Translations under genes and position numbers: made by a program
Assembly: GCA_038210985.1 (NCBI GenBank)
Contig: JBBQWB010000001.1
Coordinates: 41,518 to 105,517, forward strand
Direction: 5' to 3'
DNA: 64,000 nt
DNA from: Bacteroidales bacterium
GTDB taxonomy: Bacteria > Bacteroidota > Bacteroidia > Bacteroidales > WCHB1-69
Notes under the pieces: model-generated
What the model saw: the letters and a program-made list of their open reading frames with translations, nothing else
Database searches by the model: none
What the model was told of the DNA's origin: nothing
In this document: positions 29,106 to 39,343 of the stretch, piece after piece
How positions within the stretch are numbered: position 1 is the stretch's first letter
Layout: every line of letters starts with the position of its first letter

Positions 29106-29520
29106 ATCAAAAATATCATTTTATAATACAGACATTCTGCTTCTTAGAGTTGAAATATATTCTTTCCTGACTTCAACATTTTTTTTGATCATTTCTATAA
29201 CAATTTCAAAACGAGGTGTATACGAATGTATGACTCCTTTTTTTGGTGACTCGGGGTATAATCTCACTCAAGATTTACGAAAGATTTGTTTCTATAAGAT
29301 TGGATTTTGTCATAAAATTCGCCAAAATCATTTTTCAATTAAACATAATAACCCCGCATTTCATTCGGGGCTATTAATATTCGACACCTACGGCGTCGTT
29401 GTAATTTGAAAAACTAAAAACCAAATTTTTAAACTATATTTTTTTCACCGCAATAGCGTAATCAAACAGATAATACCTTATAAAAACTAAAACTTCTAAA
29501 AAAAAATAAAACTTCAAAAA

Positions 29521-29735
29521 TCGTGTGGTGGCAAGGGCAATCCGCTGCGGCGGAGCGGCAAGACGTTGGCGTGAATGCTAAAACAATTAGAAATTCGGAA
29601 AAGGTGCTTGCGTCTCAAACAAAAACTCGATTTTGGCTATTGCGTAAGAGTTTTTGGTTTGACTACTTTTCCTGAATTTCTTTTGTTTTAGCAGGGCGGG
29701 GTGGAAGCATTAGTTTTGTCTAGCTTTTTTTTGGA
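29521..29735. ncRNA. Candidate structured RNA or repeat: GC-rich island around a 116-nt irregular hairpin (29577..29692)
   Basis: No ORF. The hairpin has about 39 bp (10+8+7 bp outer helix, an 11x3-nt internal loop, a 14-bp inner helix, a 19-nt loop). G-rich tracts flank it and a T8 run sits at 29725-29732. Strand and boundaries are unresolved. Confidence 0.3.
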
Positions 29736-30048
29736 CCAAAATTAGCGATTATCATCGCTGAAACGATTAAATGGTTGTAAATAAATTTGTCACAACAAAT
29801 TTAAACAACCACTAAATCGGAGTTAAATCAAACTAAATCAAGCAGTTTTATTTTTTGATTTTCCTGCTTGATTAATTTTGATTAAACAAGGAAAAAAGTA
29901 TCAGAAAATAGGTAATTATTATTTCAATCAGGGTGACGCATTGTCGAAGTCAGGATTTGAAATACATTCTTTTCCGAACACTACCTAATCATTATTTGAA
30001 CTCAGGTAAAAAAACAATTACATCAATTATTATATGAGAAGTAATTCT

Positions 30049-30072
30049 AAAAAAAAATCTCCCGAAGGAGAT
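30049..30072 (-). terminator. Rho-independent terminator of the dcw/yqeY transcription unit
   Basis: On the minus strand: ATCTCC / TTCG / GGAGAT followed by T8, 17 nt after the yqeY stop. Confidence 0.8.
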
Positions 30073-30088
30073 TAAATATTTGAATTAT

Positions 30089-30538
30089 TTATGAAAGTAG
30101 CTTTTTTACCACTTCAGAGATGGTTTTATTGTCGGTTTTACCTTGAAGTTGTTTGGAGGCAATTCCCATTACTTTTCCCATATCCTTAATGCCATTTGCA
30201 TTGGTTTGTTTAATTATTTCGCCAATGGTAGATTCAATTTCAGCAATATCCATTTGAGGTGGCAGATATTGACCAATAATTGCCGATTGTGCAACTTCTT
30301 GTTCAAGTAAATCGGGACGATTTTGTTCTTTATAAATTTGAGCCGAATCGTTGCGTTGTTTTATCAATTTTTGAATGATTTGCAACTCTTCTTCATCGGA
30401 TAAGTTTTCGACTTGAGCTTTGCCCGAAGAAGCAATTGTGAAAGCAGTTTTAACAGCTCTTAGAGCTTCGAGTTTTGTTTTATCACGAGCCAACATGGCT
30501 ACTTTGATGTCGTTGTTTATGAACTCGGTATATTTCAT
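30089..30538 (-). CDS. GatB/YqeY domain protein
   Basis: 149 aa. N-terminus ...DIKVAMLARDKTKLEALRAVKTAF... is typical of the YqeY family. Confidence 0.8.
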   Translation of the reverse strand: MKYTEFINNDIKVAMLARDKTKLEALRAVKTAFTIASSGKAQVENLSDEEELQIIQKLIKQRNDSAQIYKEQNRPDLLEQEVAQSAIIGQYLPPQMDIAEIESTIGEIIKQTNANGIKDMGKVMGIASKQLQGKTDNKTISEVVKKLLS

Positions 30539-30541
30539 CGC

Positions 30542-32098
30542 TTAATCAACGTTGTCGTGCAAAAAAGGATTTTGGCGTTTAATTTCAACTTCATTATCCT
30601 GTTTAATTTCCATTAAAAATTCAGGATTTTCGTTTTCGTAAGTTGGATTTGTATCGCTCATCAAAAAGCTTTTTCTTTTGTATGCTGGTATTGTTTCAAT
30701 AACACCTAGTCCTTCGTTTGTTTTGATTTGAGAATTTGTTTTTCTCATTTCGGACAAACGTTCCACATCATTCATTGTAGTTTGATTGTTTTGAAAAGAA
30801 TCTTCTTTAGGAGTTTCTTGATTTTGGCGATTGAAAGAAGAAACTTGTTTTACTTCCATTGTTTCGGAAGCTGTTGGAGCAATATCCGTTACTGTAAAAC
30901 TTGATTTTTCTCCGTCGTTAAATAAATTATGAATTGTTGGAGCTGGTTTTTCTTGAACTGTTTTAGATGCTTCTTGTGAAGTTTGAGAGCTTACTGTAAA
31001 ATTAACTAAATCAGTTTCAGCAACAACTTTAGTATTGTTTTGTGGGGTTTTTTCAAGGTTATGAATTTTCGGTGCACTAATTTGATCGTTGCCAGCCGAC
31101 TCAAACCCTGTGGCAATTAGGGTTACAGAAATGTTTTTGCCTAAAGTTTCATCTTGCCCATATCCCCAAATAACATTTACGTCGATACCAGCTTCGGCAA
31201 TAACGTAATCTGAAATTTCCATTACTTCGTCCATCGTTATTTCATCTTCGCCAAACGAGATATATAAAAGAATATCTTTTGCACCAGTAATGTTGTTGTC
31301 GTTAAGAAGTGGAGAGTTTAATGCAGTATGAACAGCATTCATGGCTCTGTTTTCGCCTTCGGCAATACCCGAACCCATGATTGCAACGCCACTACCTTTC
31401 ATAACTGTTTTCACGTCTTCAAGGTCAACGTTGATACCGCCAACGCAAGTAATTAATTCGGCTATACTTTTTGCAGCAGTTGTTAAAATATCATCCGCTT
31501 TTCCGAAAGCTTCGGTCATTTTTAAGTTGCCATATAATTCGCGTAATTTGTCGTTGCAGATTATCAAAAGTGCATCCACACTATCTTTAAGTTCTTTAAT
31601 TCCTTCTTCGGCATATTGGCGACGTTTTCGACCTTCGAAACCGAAAGGTATGGTAACAATGCCAACGGTTAAAATTCCCATTTCGTTTGCTATTTGAGCA
31701 ATAACTGGAGCTGCTCCAGTTCCTGTTCCACCACCCATTCCAGCGGTAATAAATACCATTTCGGTATTGTGTTCAATAGCACTTTTTAGTTTGTCGATAT
31801 TTTCTAAAGCCGATTCACGTCCAACAGCAGGAACTGAACCTGCTCCCAAACCTTTTAATCCGATTTGTATTTTGTTAGGAACAGGATTAATATCTAAAGA
31901 TTGAGCATCGGTATTGCAAACAATGAAATCAACGCCTTTTATGCCTTGTTCGTACATATGTTTTACAGCATTACAACCTCCGCCTCCTACACCTATAACT
32001 TTTATTATAGAAGATTGATTTTTAGGTAGTTCAAAGTTTAAGATAGCATCGTTTTGGCTAAAATCTTGGCTCATATCATCAAATATATTATGTGGCAT
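30542..32098 (-). CDS. ftsZ: Cell division GTPase FtsZ
   Basis: Tubulin signature GGGTGTGAAP and N-terminal IKVIGVGGGGCNAV. Long low-complexity linker with a conserved C-terminal peptide. Start uncertain: ATG at 32131, 32098 or 32074. Confidence 0.97.
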   Translation of the reverse strand: MPHNIFDDMSQDFSQNDAILNFELPKNQSSIIKVIGVGGGGCNAVKHMYEQGIKGVDFIVCNTDAQSLDINPVPNKIQIGLKGLGAGSVPAVGRESALENIDKLKSAIEHNTEMVFITAGMGGGTGTGAAPVIAQIANEMGILTVGIVTIPFGFEGRKRRQYAEEGIKELKDSVDALLIICNDKLRELYGNLKMTEAFGKADDILTTAAKSIAELITCVGGINVDLEDVKTVMKGSGVAIMGSGIAEGENRAMNAVHTALNSPLLNDNNITGAKDILLYISFGEDEITMDEVMEISDYVIAEAGIDVNVIWGYGQDETLGKNISVTLIATGFESAGNDQISAPKIHNLEKTPQNNTKVVAETDLVNFTVSSQTSQEASKTVQEKPAPTIHNLFNDGEKSSFTVTDIAPTASETMEVKQVSSFNRQNQETPKEDSFQNNQTTMNDVERLSEMRKTNSQIKTNEGLGVIETIPAYKRKSFLMSDTNPTYENENPEFLMEIKQDNEVEIKRQNPFLHDNVD

Positions 32099-32190
32099 AC
32101 TACAATTTTTTATAAAATTATAAATAATCAATGAATTAACAAGTATTTAGTGGATATTTTTTATCAACAAAATACTGTTAGTATTGTATT

Positions 32191-33498
32191 TTATTGAATT
32201 CCCTCATCTCCCGAGAAGAGTTTTTTAAACAAATCGGCAATTTTACCACCATTAAAATCCGAGGGAATTCTTGGAGCTTTTGGTTTTTTGCTTTTTTTGT
32301 CGTTTTTTTGTCCTTTTGGGTCATCTTCTACTTCGGTTGAGGATAATTTATCTTTAAATCCTTCCAAAACTAATCCAATTCCTGTTGAATAAATTGGAGT
32401 TAGCATGTCGGCAGGTACTTTGTCTGACAAATGCTCGCTTGGTACTCCTATTCGAACATCCATTCCGGTAATAAACTCGGTAAGTTCTTTTATGTGTCTC
32501 ATTTGAGAACCACCTCCAGTTAATACTATTCCTGCTATTAATTTTCGTTCCAGTCCACTATTTTTTATTTCGTAATAAACTTGTTCAATAATTTCTTCTA
32601 CTCGAGCTTGAATAATTCCTGCTAAGCTTCGCAACGAAATTTCTTTTGGGGAACGTCCTTTTAATCCTGGGATGGCAACAATTTCGTCGTCCCGATTTTG
32701 TTCGCTTAAACAAGAGCCATAACGAACTTTTAATGCCTCGGCTTGACTTCTAATAATGGAACAACCTTCTTTAATATCGTCGGTAACAACATTTCCACCT
32801 AATGGAATAACTGCGGTGTGACGGACAATTTTATCGTGGAATATGGCAATATCGCTTGTGCCTCCGCCAATGTCCACTAAAGCAACTCCAGCTTCCTTTT
32901 CTTCGTCGCTTAAAACACAGCTTGCCGATGCTAAAGGCTCTAGTAAAATTTGATCAACCTCGCAATTTACTTTTTTTACACAACGTAAAATATTTTGAAT
33001 AGCTCCAACATTGCCTGTTATGATGTGAAAGTTTGCACCCAATTCCACACCTGTCATACCAATAGGATTGGTTGTAATGTTATCGCGGTCAATAATAAAT
33101 TCTTGCGGAATAACGCTAATTATTTGTTCGCCAGGTTTAACAACCAATTTGTGCATATTAGAAATCAGTTGATTTACATCTTCTTTCGAAATTTCATTTT
33201 CTGTGTTTGTACGCAATATTGTACCTCGATGTTGGAGGCTTTTTATGTGCTGACCAGCAATACCAACAACTACAGAGCCAATTTCAACTCCCGATTTAAT
33301 TTCAGCTTCCCTAATTGCTGTTTGAATCGACATAACCGCTTCACCAATATTGGAAATTTGTCCTCGTGATACTCCTGTCGATTCGGTTTTACCTGATCCG
33401 ATAATCTCTAATTTCCCATTTCGATCTTTACGACCAACTAAGACTGCAATTTTTGTTGTGCCAATATCTAAGCCTACAATGATTTCGTTATTTTCCAT
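32191..33498 (-). CDS. ftsA: Cell division protein FtsA
   Basis: Actin-fold motifs (VGLDIGTTKIAV, DIGGGTSDIAI, LTGGGSQ). Position immediately upstream of ftsZ. Confidence 0.95.
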   Translation of the reverse strand: MENNEIIVGLDIGTTKIAVLVGRKDRNGKLEIIGSGKTESTGVSRGQISNIGEAVMSIQTAIREAEIKSGVEIGSVVVGIAGQHIKSLQHRGTILRTNTENEISKEDVNQLISNMHKLVVKPGEQIISVIPQEFIIDRDNITTNPIGMTGVELGANFHIITGNVGAIQNILRCVKKVNCEVDQILLEPLASASCVLSDEEKEAGVALVDIGGGTSDIAIFHDKIVRHTAVIPLGGNVVTDDIKEGCSIIRSQAEALKVRYGSCLSEQNRDDEIVAIPGLKGRSPKEISLRSLAGIIQARVEEIIEQVYYEIKNSGLERKLIAGIVLTGGGSQMRHIKELTEFITGMDVRIGVPSEHLSDKVPADMLTPIYSTGIGLVLEGFKDKLSSTEVEDDPKGQKNDKKSKKPKAPRIPSDFNGGKIADLFKKLFSGDEGIQ

Positions 33499-33499
33499 A

Positions 33500-34288
33500 T
33501 TATTGCTGTTTTCTAGTACAAACTACTTGATTTTTAAATTTTAAATTTATTATGCTATATTTATCCCAGCCTACTTTTTGAAATCCTTGACTGTAAACTG
33601 CCTCTAGGTTTTCAAATTTTGTATCTAAGTTATCAATGTCTCCTAAAATTATTAACTGGTCTCCAACTCTAGGTATCATTTCTATTTCATTATCAAAATT
33701 TATATAAATTTGATCTATCAATGCCTTCAAAAACGAATTTTCATTCACGAACATTGCTGTTTTCCATATTTTATATAAAACGTAATTATCGATAGTGTTA
33801 TCGGTTGAAATGTAGTCTTTTAAAATAACAGAATCGTTATATTTTTGCTTTATTTCGCCCGAAGCAACAACCACGCGTTCGTTCCCAAACTTTGATATTG
33901 GCATTAATCTTTTGTCGTAAGTTATATAATATGACTCGCCTTTTAAATTAAATACGCGTACCAATGGTTTTTTTTGTTTTACTTGAATGTTGATTTTCCC
34001 ATTCAAATCTAAGGATACTTCAACTTTTTCGACAAATGGATTTAATTTTACGGAAGATTCTATAAGCTCGATATTTACATCGGATGATTTAATGGTTTTT
34101 ATTTCGGGGTAGAGTTTATCCACAATGGATAAAATATCACTTTCGGTAATAAATGGGCTGGCGTTTTCGTAATTAATGCTCACAGACGCTCCTTTACAAA
34201 TTTGGTTGCCATGAATTATTATTGTTAAGGTAACCCCGACAATAATTAATAGAAAAATGAGCGATAGGATGATAATTTTCTTTTTCAT
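33500..34288 (-). CDS. ftsQ: Cell division protein FtsQ (POTRA domain)
   Basis: Single N-terminal TM segment, 262 aa. Conserved position between murC and ftsA. Confidence 0.75.
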   Translation of the reverse strand: MKKKIIILSLIFLLIIVGVTLTIIIHGNQICKGASVSINYENASPFITESDILSIVDKLYPEIKTIKSSDVNIELIESSVKLNPFVEKVEVSLDLNGKINIQVKQKKPLVRVFNLKGESYYITYDKRLMPISKFGNERVVVASGEIKQKYNDSVILKDYISTDNTIDNYVLYKIWKTAMFVNENSFLKALIDQIYINFDNEIEMIPRVGDQLIILGDIDNLDTKFENLEAVYSQGFQKVGWDKYSIINLKFKNQVVCTRKQQ

Positions 34289-35655
34289 GATGGATTTTTC
34301 ATTTCAAAATATTTTTTAACTCCATTCACCATTCGGTCAATGTTACCAGCACCCATCATCACAATTATTTCATGCTTCGAACGACTTAATTCGTGTATTA
34401 AATTTTCGTTTTCAACACACACTTTGTTTTTCATTGAAATTTTATTTAATAACCACGTGGAGGTAATTCCTGCTAATGGTAATTCTCGAGCAGGATAAAT
34501 ATTGAGCAAAATAAGATTGTCGGCAAGTGCTAAACTTTGAGCAAAATCATCTGCAAAATCGCGAGTTCGACTGAATAAGTGTGGTTGAAAAATGGCAGTT
34601 ATTTTTTTGGTTGGATATAGTTTTTTAAGCGAATTTAAACAAGTTGAAATTTCGGTTGGATGATGTGCGTAATCGTCCATTAAAAGTATTTCATTATTTT
34701 GAAAAACGGTTTCAAAACGACGGTGAACTCCTTTAAATGAATTTAATACTTCTCCAAGTTTAATCGAATCGACATCGTTTGTAATTAATAATGAGGTGCA
34801 AGCGGCAATTGCGTTTTCTAAATTATGAAGTCCTGGAGTGCCAAAGTGCAAATCTTTAAATATTTTATTATTGAAATTCAAGTCAAAAACATAAAATCCG
34901 TTTTCAATTCGAATATTTTGAGCAAAAACATCTGCTGTATTATCTGAAATATGATAACTTATTGCTGTTACATTTTTAATTTCAGGAATTTCAAGGCTTT
35001 TATGATGAATTAAAAAGCCTCCAGGTTTAATCTGCTCAAAAAATTTTATAAATGTTTTTTTCAGTTCATCGGACGAACCATAAATATCCAAATGATCTGC
35101 TTCTATCGAAGTAGCTATTGTTATATCGGGGTGCAGGGTTAAAAAAGAGCGATCAAACTCATCTGCTTCTACAATAAAAGTATCTGCGTCCTTATCAAAC
35201 ACATAATTAGATTGAAAGTTTAAAGCAATTCCACCAATAAATGCATTTATTTTATTGCCAAATTGTTGAAATAAATGCGAGCAAAGCGATGTAGTAGTAG
35301 TTTTTCCATGAGTGCCCGAAATGGCAATAGTTTTATGTCCATTGGTTATTAAACCTAAAACTTCGGAGCGTTTGAGCATTTTTATTTTATGTTCAATAAA
35401 ATAGTTGAATTCACTATGAGATTTTGGAATAGCTGGGGTATAAATAACTAAATCGATATTGTTTGGAATGAGTTTTACATCGTCTGTGAAATGAATATTT
35501 ATTCCGATACAGATAAGTTTGTCGGTTATTTCGGATGGAGTTAAGTCGTAGCCCGAAACCGTAACTCCATTACCATGAAAATATCTGGCAAGAGCACTCA
35601 TTCCAATGCCTCCAATTCCCAATAAATAAACCGATTTTATCTGTTCTAAAAGCAT
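34285..35655 (-). CDS. murC: UDP-N-acetylmuramate--L-alanine ligase
   Basis: N-terminal GIGGIGMSALA and Mur ligase P-loop GTHGKTTTTS. Confidence 0.95.
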   Translation of the reverse strand: MLLEQIKSVYLLGIGGIGMSALARYFHGNGVTVSGYDLTPSEITDKLICIGINIHFTDDVKLIPNNIDLVIYTPAIPKSHSEFNYFIEHKIKMLKRSEVLGLITNGHKTIAISGTHGKTTTTSLCSHLFQQFGNKINAFIGGIALNFQSNYVFDKDADTFIVEADEFDRSFLTLHPDITIATSIEADHLDIYGSSDELKKTFIKFFEQIKPGGFLIHHKSLEIPEIKNVTAISYHISDNTADVFAQNIRIENGFYVFDLNFNNKIFKDLHFGTPGLHNLENAIAACTSLLITNDVDSIKLGEVLNSFKGVHRRFETVFQNNEILLMDDYAHHPTEISTCLNSLKKLYPTKKITAIFQPHLFSRTRDFADDFAQSLALADNLILLNIYPARELPLAGITSTWLLNKISMKNKVCVENENLIHELSRSKHEIIVMMGAGNIDRMVNGVKKYFEMKNPS

Positions 35656-36771
35656 TTATTTTGATTCTTTTTTTAGTGAATAAACTTCGTTTACAATGTT
35701 TTCAAGTGCATTTGGATAACCAAATTGGCGAATGTTTTCGGATAATTCCGACATTTTTTTGTCGTCGTTAATGGTTTCAATAATGGTATCTCCAAGTTCT
35801 TTTATGGCATCTTTATCGGATATCATAATAGTTGCATTTTTATCGGATAAAACCATCGCATTTTTTGTTTGATGATCGCCCGAAACGTTTGGCGATGGTA
35901 TTAATATACAGGGTTTTCCCAAACATGAAAGCTCCGAAATTGAAATTGCTCCTGCCCGCGATACGATTAAATCAGCAATGCTATATAAATAATCCATTCT
36001 ATCCACAAAAGGCATTATTTTAATTGTTCCATTTAATATACTTTGATCAGCTTCAAAGAAATGCGTGAAATATTTTTCGCCAGTTTGCCAAACTAATTGC
36101 AGTTGTTCTTCTTTAATTTTTAGGATGGAAGCTTCGATGCTTACATTCATTGTTTTTGAGCCAAGACTTCCACCAATAACTGCGATGGTTTTTTTGTTGG
36201 GGTCGAGTTTAAAAAACTCGTAAGCTTCGTCTTGCTTTTTGTTTATTAAACAAATGTCGCTACGAATTGGATTTCCGGTTACCACAATTTTTTCGGATGG
36301 AAAGTATTTATCCACTTCTTTATACGCTACGCAAATTTTGTCCACTTTTTTAGCAAGCATCCGGTTTGTTACTCCAGGAAACGAATTTTGTTCTTGAATT
36401 AATGTTGGTATTTTTAATAAAGCTGCCATTTTTAGGGTTGGTCCACTAGCAAAACCTCCAACGCCAATTACTACATCGGGTTTAAATTTTTTTACAATCA
36501 TAAATGCATGAACCAAACTTCCAATTAAACGGAAAGGAAATGCAATGTTTTTAAAAATGTTTACAAGGCTGGCTTTCCGTTGAAATCCTGCTACATTTAA
36601 TCCAATAATTTCATAACCTGCTTTTGGCACTCGGGACATTTCCATACGTCCTTTTGCACCTACAAAGAGTATTTCGGCATCTTCTTCACGGTTTCGAATT
36701 GCATTAGCAATTGCAATAGCTGGAAAGATATGCCCACCAGTGCCACCTCCACTAATCAGAAATCGACTCAT
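35656..36771 (-). CDS. murG: Undecaprenyldiphospho-muramoylpentapeptide beta-N-acetylglucosaminyltransferase
   Basis: N-terminal GGGTGGHIFPAIAIA motif. GT28 architecture. Confidence 0.95.
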   Translation of the reverse strand: MSRFLISGGGTGGHIFPAIAIANAIRNREEDAEILFVGAKGRMEMSRVPKAGYEIIGLNVAGFQRKASLVNIFKNIAFPFRLIGSLVHAFMIVKKFKPDVVIGVGGFASGPTLKMAALLKIPTLIQEQNSFPGVTNRMLAKKVDKICVAYKEVDKYFPSEKIVVTGNPIRSDICLINKKQDEAYEFFKLDPNKKTIAVIGGSLGSKTMNVSIEASILKIKEEQLQLVWQTGEKYFTHFFEADQSILNGTIKIMPFVDRMDYLYSIADLIVSRAGAISISELSCLGKPCILIPSPNVSGDHQTKNAMVLSDKNATIMISDKDAIKELGDTIIETINDDKKMSELSENIRQFGYPNALENIVNEVYSLKKESK

Positions 36772-37999
36772 CTTCTTTAATGTTTTTGTTTATATTTGAT
36801 ATTACATTTTTAGCTTTAGTTGGTTCTTTAATTGCCTCTGTGTCTTCATTTTCAACTTCCTTGCTTATACTCAATAAAATTCCAAATGAGATACTCGTAA
36901 ACCACAATGAAGTACCTCCCATACTCACCAAAGGCAATGGTTGACCCGTTACGGGGATAAGATTTACAGCAACTGCCATGTTAACCATAGCTTGCATTAC
37001 AATAATGAAACTTAATCCCACGGATAAAAATGCGCCAAATGAACCAGGGCTTTTTACCGCAATATTAACTCCTCGAAAGAGTAAAATCATATACATTAAA
37101 ACGATAATTATTCCTCCAATAAAACCGTATTCTTCAACAATTATTGCAAAAATGAAGTCGGAGTAAGGGTGAGGTAAAAAGTTTCGTTGAGTGCTGTTAC
37201 CTGGTCCTTTTCCAAGTGGATATCCACTAGCAATTGCAATTTTTGCCTGTTCGGACTGAAAATTTGAACTATTTTCTATGCCTTGTTCTGTGTTTTTTTC
37301 AATTCCTCTAAAGGTGTCGATACGTTTTTTCCAAGTACCAACTCTACCCTGATCGGAACTGTTCATAACCACTACCACAAAAAATACAAACATCACTATA
37401 ACCAGTCCAACTATTTTCATTAAATCTGTAAATTTTGCTCTTCCAACAAACATCATTACCATACATGTTATAAACAGCAGTGCAGCAGTTGAAAAGTTTG
37501 CTGGTAAAATAAGTCCGCAAACTGGAATTATCCAATAAAATGCCTTTAGAAAACCAGTTTTAAAGTCTTTAATGGTTTCTTGGTTTTTTGTTAAGTAGTA
37601 TGCCAAAAAAACAACGGTTGCAAGTTTTGCAAAATCGGAGGTTTGAAAGGTTAAATTAATTATAGGTATTACCATCCAGCGAGTAGCTTCGTTAATTTCC
37701 GAACCTGAAAAAAGTGTAAAAACGAGCAAGGGTAATGTTATAATGATAAGTAATTTTGCAAATTTAGCATAAAAGGTATATTTAAGTAAATGACAGAAAT
37801 ACATGAATCCTAATCCAAAAATCATTATGGCAAAATGCCGAACCAAATAATATTCGGTATTTCCTGCTTGTTTTCGATATGCTAAAGCCCCAGTTGAACT
37901 ATATACCGCCAAAGTAGACATAATTGAGAGGATGAGAACAACCCCCCATATTACCTTATCGCCTTTTATTTTTGAAAGAATCTGATTCATTTTTATCAT
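36752..37999 (-). CDS. ftsW: SEDS-family peptidoglycan polymerase FtsW
   Basis: Polytopic protein. SEDS motifs (TQRNFLPHPYSDFIFA, GQPLPLVSMGGTS). dcw position. Confidence 0.9.
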   Translation of the reverse strand: MIKMNQILSKIKGDKVIWGVVLILSIMSTLAVYSSTGALAYRKQAGNTEYYLVRHFAIMIFGLGFMYFCHLLKYTFYAKFAKLLIIITLPLLVFTLFSGSEINEATRWMVIPIINLTFQTSDFAKLATVVFLAYYLTKNQETIKDFKTGFLKAFYWIIPVCGLILPANFSTAALLFITCMVMMFVGRAKFTDLMKIVGLVIVMFVFFVVVVMNSSDQGRVGTWKKRIDTFRGIEKNTEQGIENSSNFQSEQAKIAIASGYPLGKGPGNSTQRNFLPHPYSDFIFAIIVEEYGFIGGIIIVLMYMILLFRGVNIAVKSPGSFGAFLSVGLSFIIVMQAMVNMAVAVNLIPVTGQPLPLVSMGGTSLWFTSISFGILLSISKEVENEDTEAIKEPTKAKNVISNINKNIKEDESISD

Positions 38000-38001
38000 T
38001 T

Positions 38002-39339
38002 TTACAATTCTGCAACTTCTTTTTTGAATGCTAAACCTCTGTCTTCAAAATTTTCAAACAAGTCGAAGCTGGCACATGCAGGCGACAATAGCACAACATC
38101 GCCTTTTAAAGCTGAATAATATGCTTTTGTTACTGCTTCGTTCATCGATTCGGTTTCAAAAATTTCGGGTATAACCCCTTTGAATGCTCTGGTTAATTGT
38201 GCATTGTTTTTTCCTAAACAAATTAACATTTTAACTTTTTGACGTGCCAGCTCTGTTATCGAACTATAGTCGTTTCCTTTGTCAATTCCACCGGCAATCC
38301 AAATCACAGGTTTATTCATGGTTTCTAAACCATACCATGATGAATTTACATTGGTTGCTTTTGAGTCGTTTATAAAATCAACTCCTCGAACGGTAGTAAC
38401 ATACTCTAATCGATGTTCTACTCCTTCGAATTCAGTCAAGCTTTCTCTGATTTTTTCTTTCCTTACATCAACCAATCTTGCTCCAATAGATGCTGCCATC
38501 GAATTTTGCAAAAAATGCTTGCCCTGAAGTGCTAGTTTTTCAATACTCATTGTGCTTATGTTTTTATTAATTTGTATTACCAGTTCATTGTTTTCAATCC
38601 ATGCTCCATTGCCTTCAAACTTGGTTTTTAGAGAATAGGGCACGCATTGACTCATTATATTTTGTTTTTCTATTGCTTGTCGAAGAATTGGGTCATCATA
38701 GTAATAAATCAACCAATCGTTTTCGGTTTGATTTTGAAGGATTCGGAGTTTTGAATGAATATAATTTTCTATCGATTTATAGCGATCCAGATGATCTGGA
38801 GTAATATTGGTTATAATCGCTATATCTGCTCTAAATTCGTACATGTTGTCGAGTTGAAAGCTGCTGATTTCAAGAATATTATAGTCGAAATTTTGGTCTA
38901 TAATTCCATTTGCGAAACTGAATCCTAAATTACCACCTGCAAATACTTTTTTATTGTCTTTTTTGAGTATATGAGCCAATAGTAGAGTAGTTGTAGTTTT
39001 TCCGTTGCTACCTGTAATGCATATTTTTTTTCCGGTAGCGTACCTTGCAGCAAATTCAATTTCAGAAATTATTGGAATATTTGCATTCAAGCATTTTACA
39101 ATTATTACGGCAGTATCGGGTATTCCCGGGCTTTTTATAATTTCACTTGAACTTAATATTCGTACTTCGTCGTGATTTCCTTCTTCGAAAGCAATATCAT
39201 TATGTAAAAGAACGTCTTTGTATTTTTGTTTTATTAATCCTTTATCCGAAACCCACACCTCAAACCCTTTATTTTTCGCCAACATTGCTGCTCCAATTCC
39301 ACTTTCGCCTGCTCCAAGTACAGCAATTTTTGCTTGCAT
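38002..39339 (-). CDS. murD: UDP-N-acetylmuramoylalanine--D-glutamate ligase
   Basis: Mur ligase P-loop GSNGKTTTT. N-terminal Rossmann-like VLGAGESG. Confidence 0.95.
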   Translation of the reverse strand: MQAKIAVLGAGESGIGAAMLAKNKGFEVWVSDKGLIKQKYKDVLLHNDIAFEEGNHDEVRILSSSEIIKSPGIPDTAVIIVKCLNANIPIISEIEFAARYATGKKICITGSNGKTTTTLLLAHILKKDNKKVFAGGNLGFSFANGIIDQNFDYNILEISSFQLDNMYEFRADIAIITNITPDHLDRYKSIENYIHSKLRILQNQTENDWLIYYYDDPILRQAIEKQNIMSQCVPYSLKTKFEGNGAWIENNELVIQINKNISTMSIEKLALQGKHFLQNSMAASIGARLVDVRKEKIRESLTEFEGVEHRLEYVTTVRGVDFINDSKATNVNSSWYGLETMNKPVIWIAGGIDKGNDYSSITELARQKVKMLICLGKNNAQLTRAFKGVIPEIFETESMNEAVTKAYYSALKGDVVLLSPACASFDLFENFEDRGLAFKKEVAEL

Positions 39340-39343
39340 TTGC

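Noticed and set aside
29367-29385. tmRNA-like 5' end (GGGGCT...TTCGAC) about 390 nt upstream of the end of the GC-rich island
   Set aside because: No matching 3' tRNA-like end was found: no TAGCCCC acceptor complement, no GGTTCGA-type T-loop and no CCA. I also could not find a convincing ...ALAA-type tag reading frame.
29083-29409. 108-aa ORF in the long intergenic region
   Set aside because: It starts inside the T-run of the upstream terminator hairpin. Its composition is low-complexity, Phe/Ile/Lys-rich, as expected from AT-rich non-coding DNA. It has no upstream -7 box and no recognisable motif.
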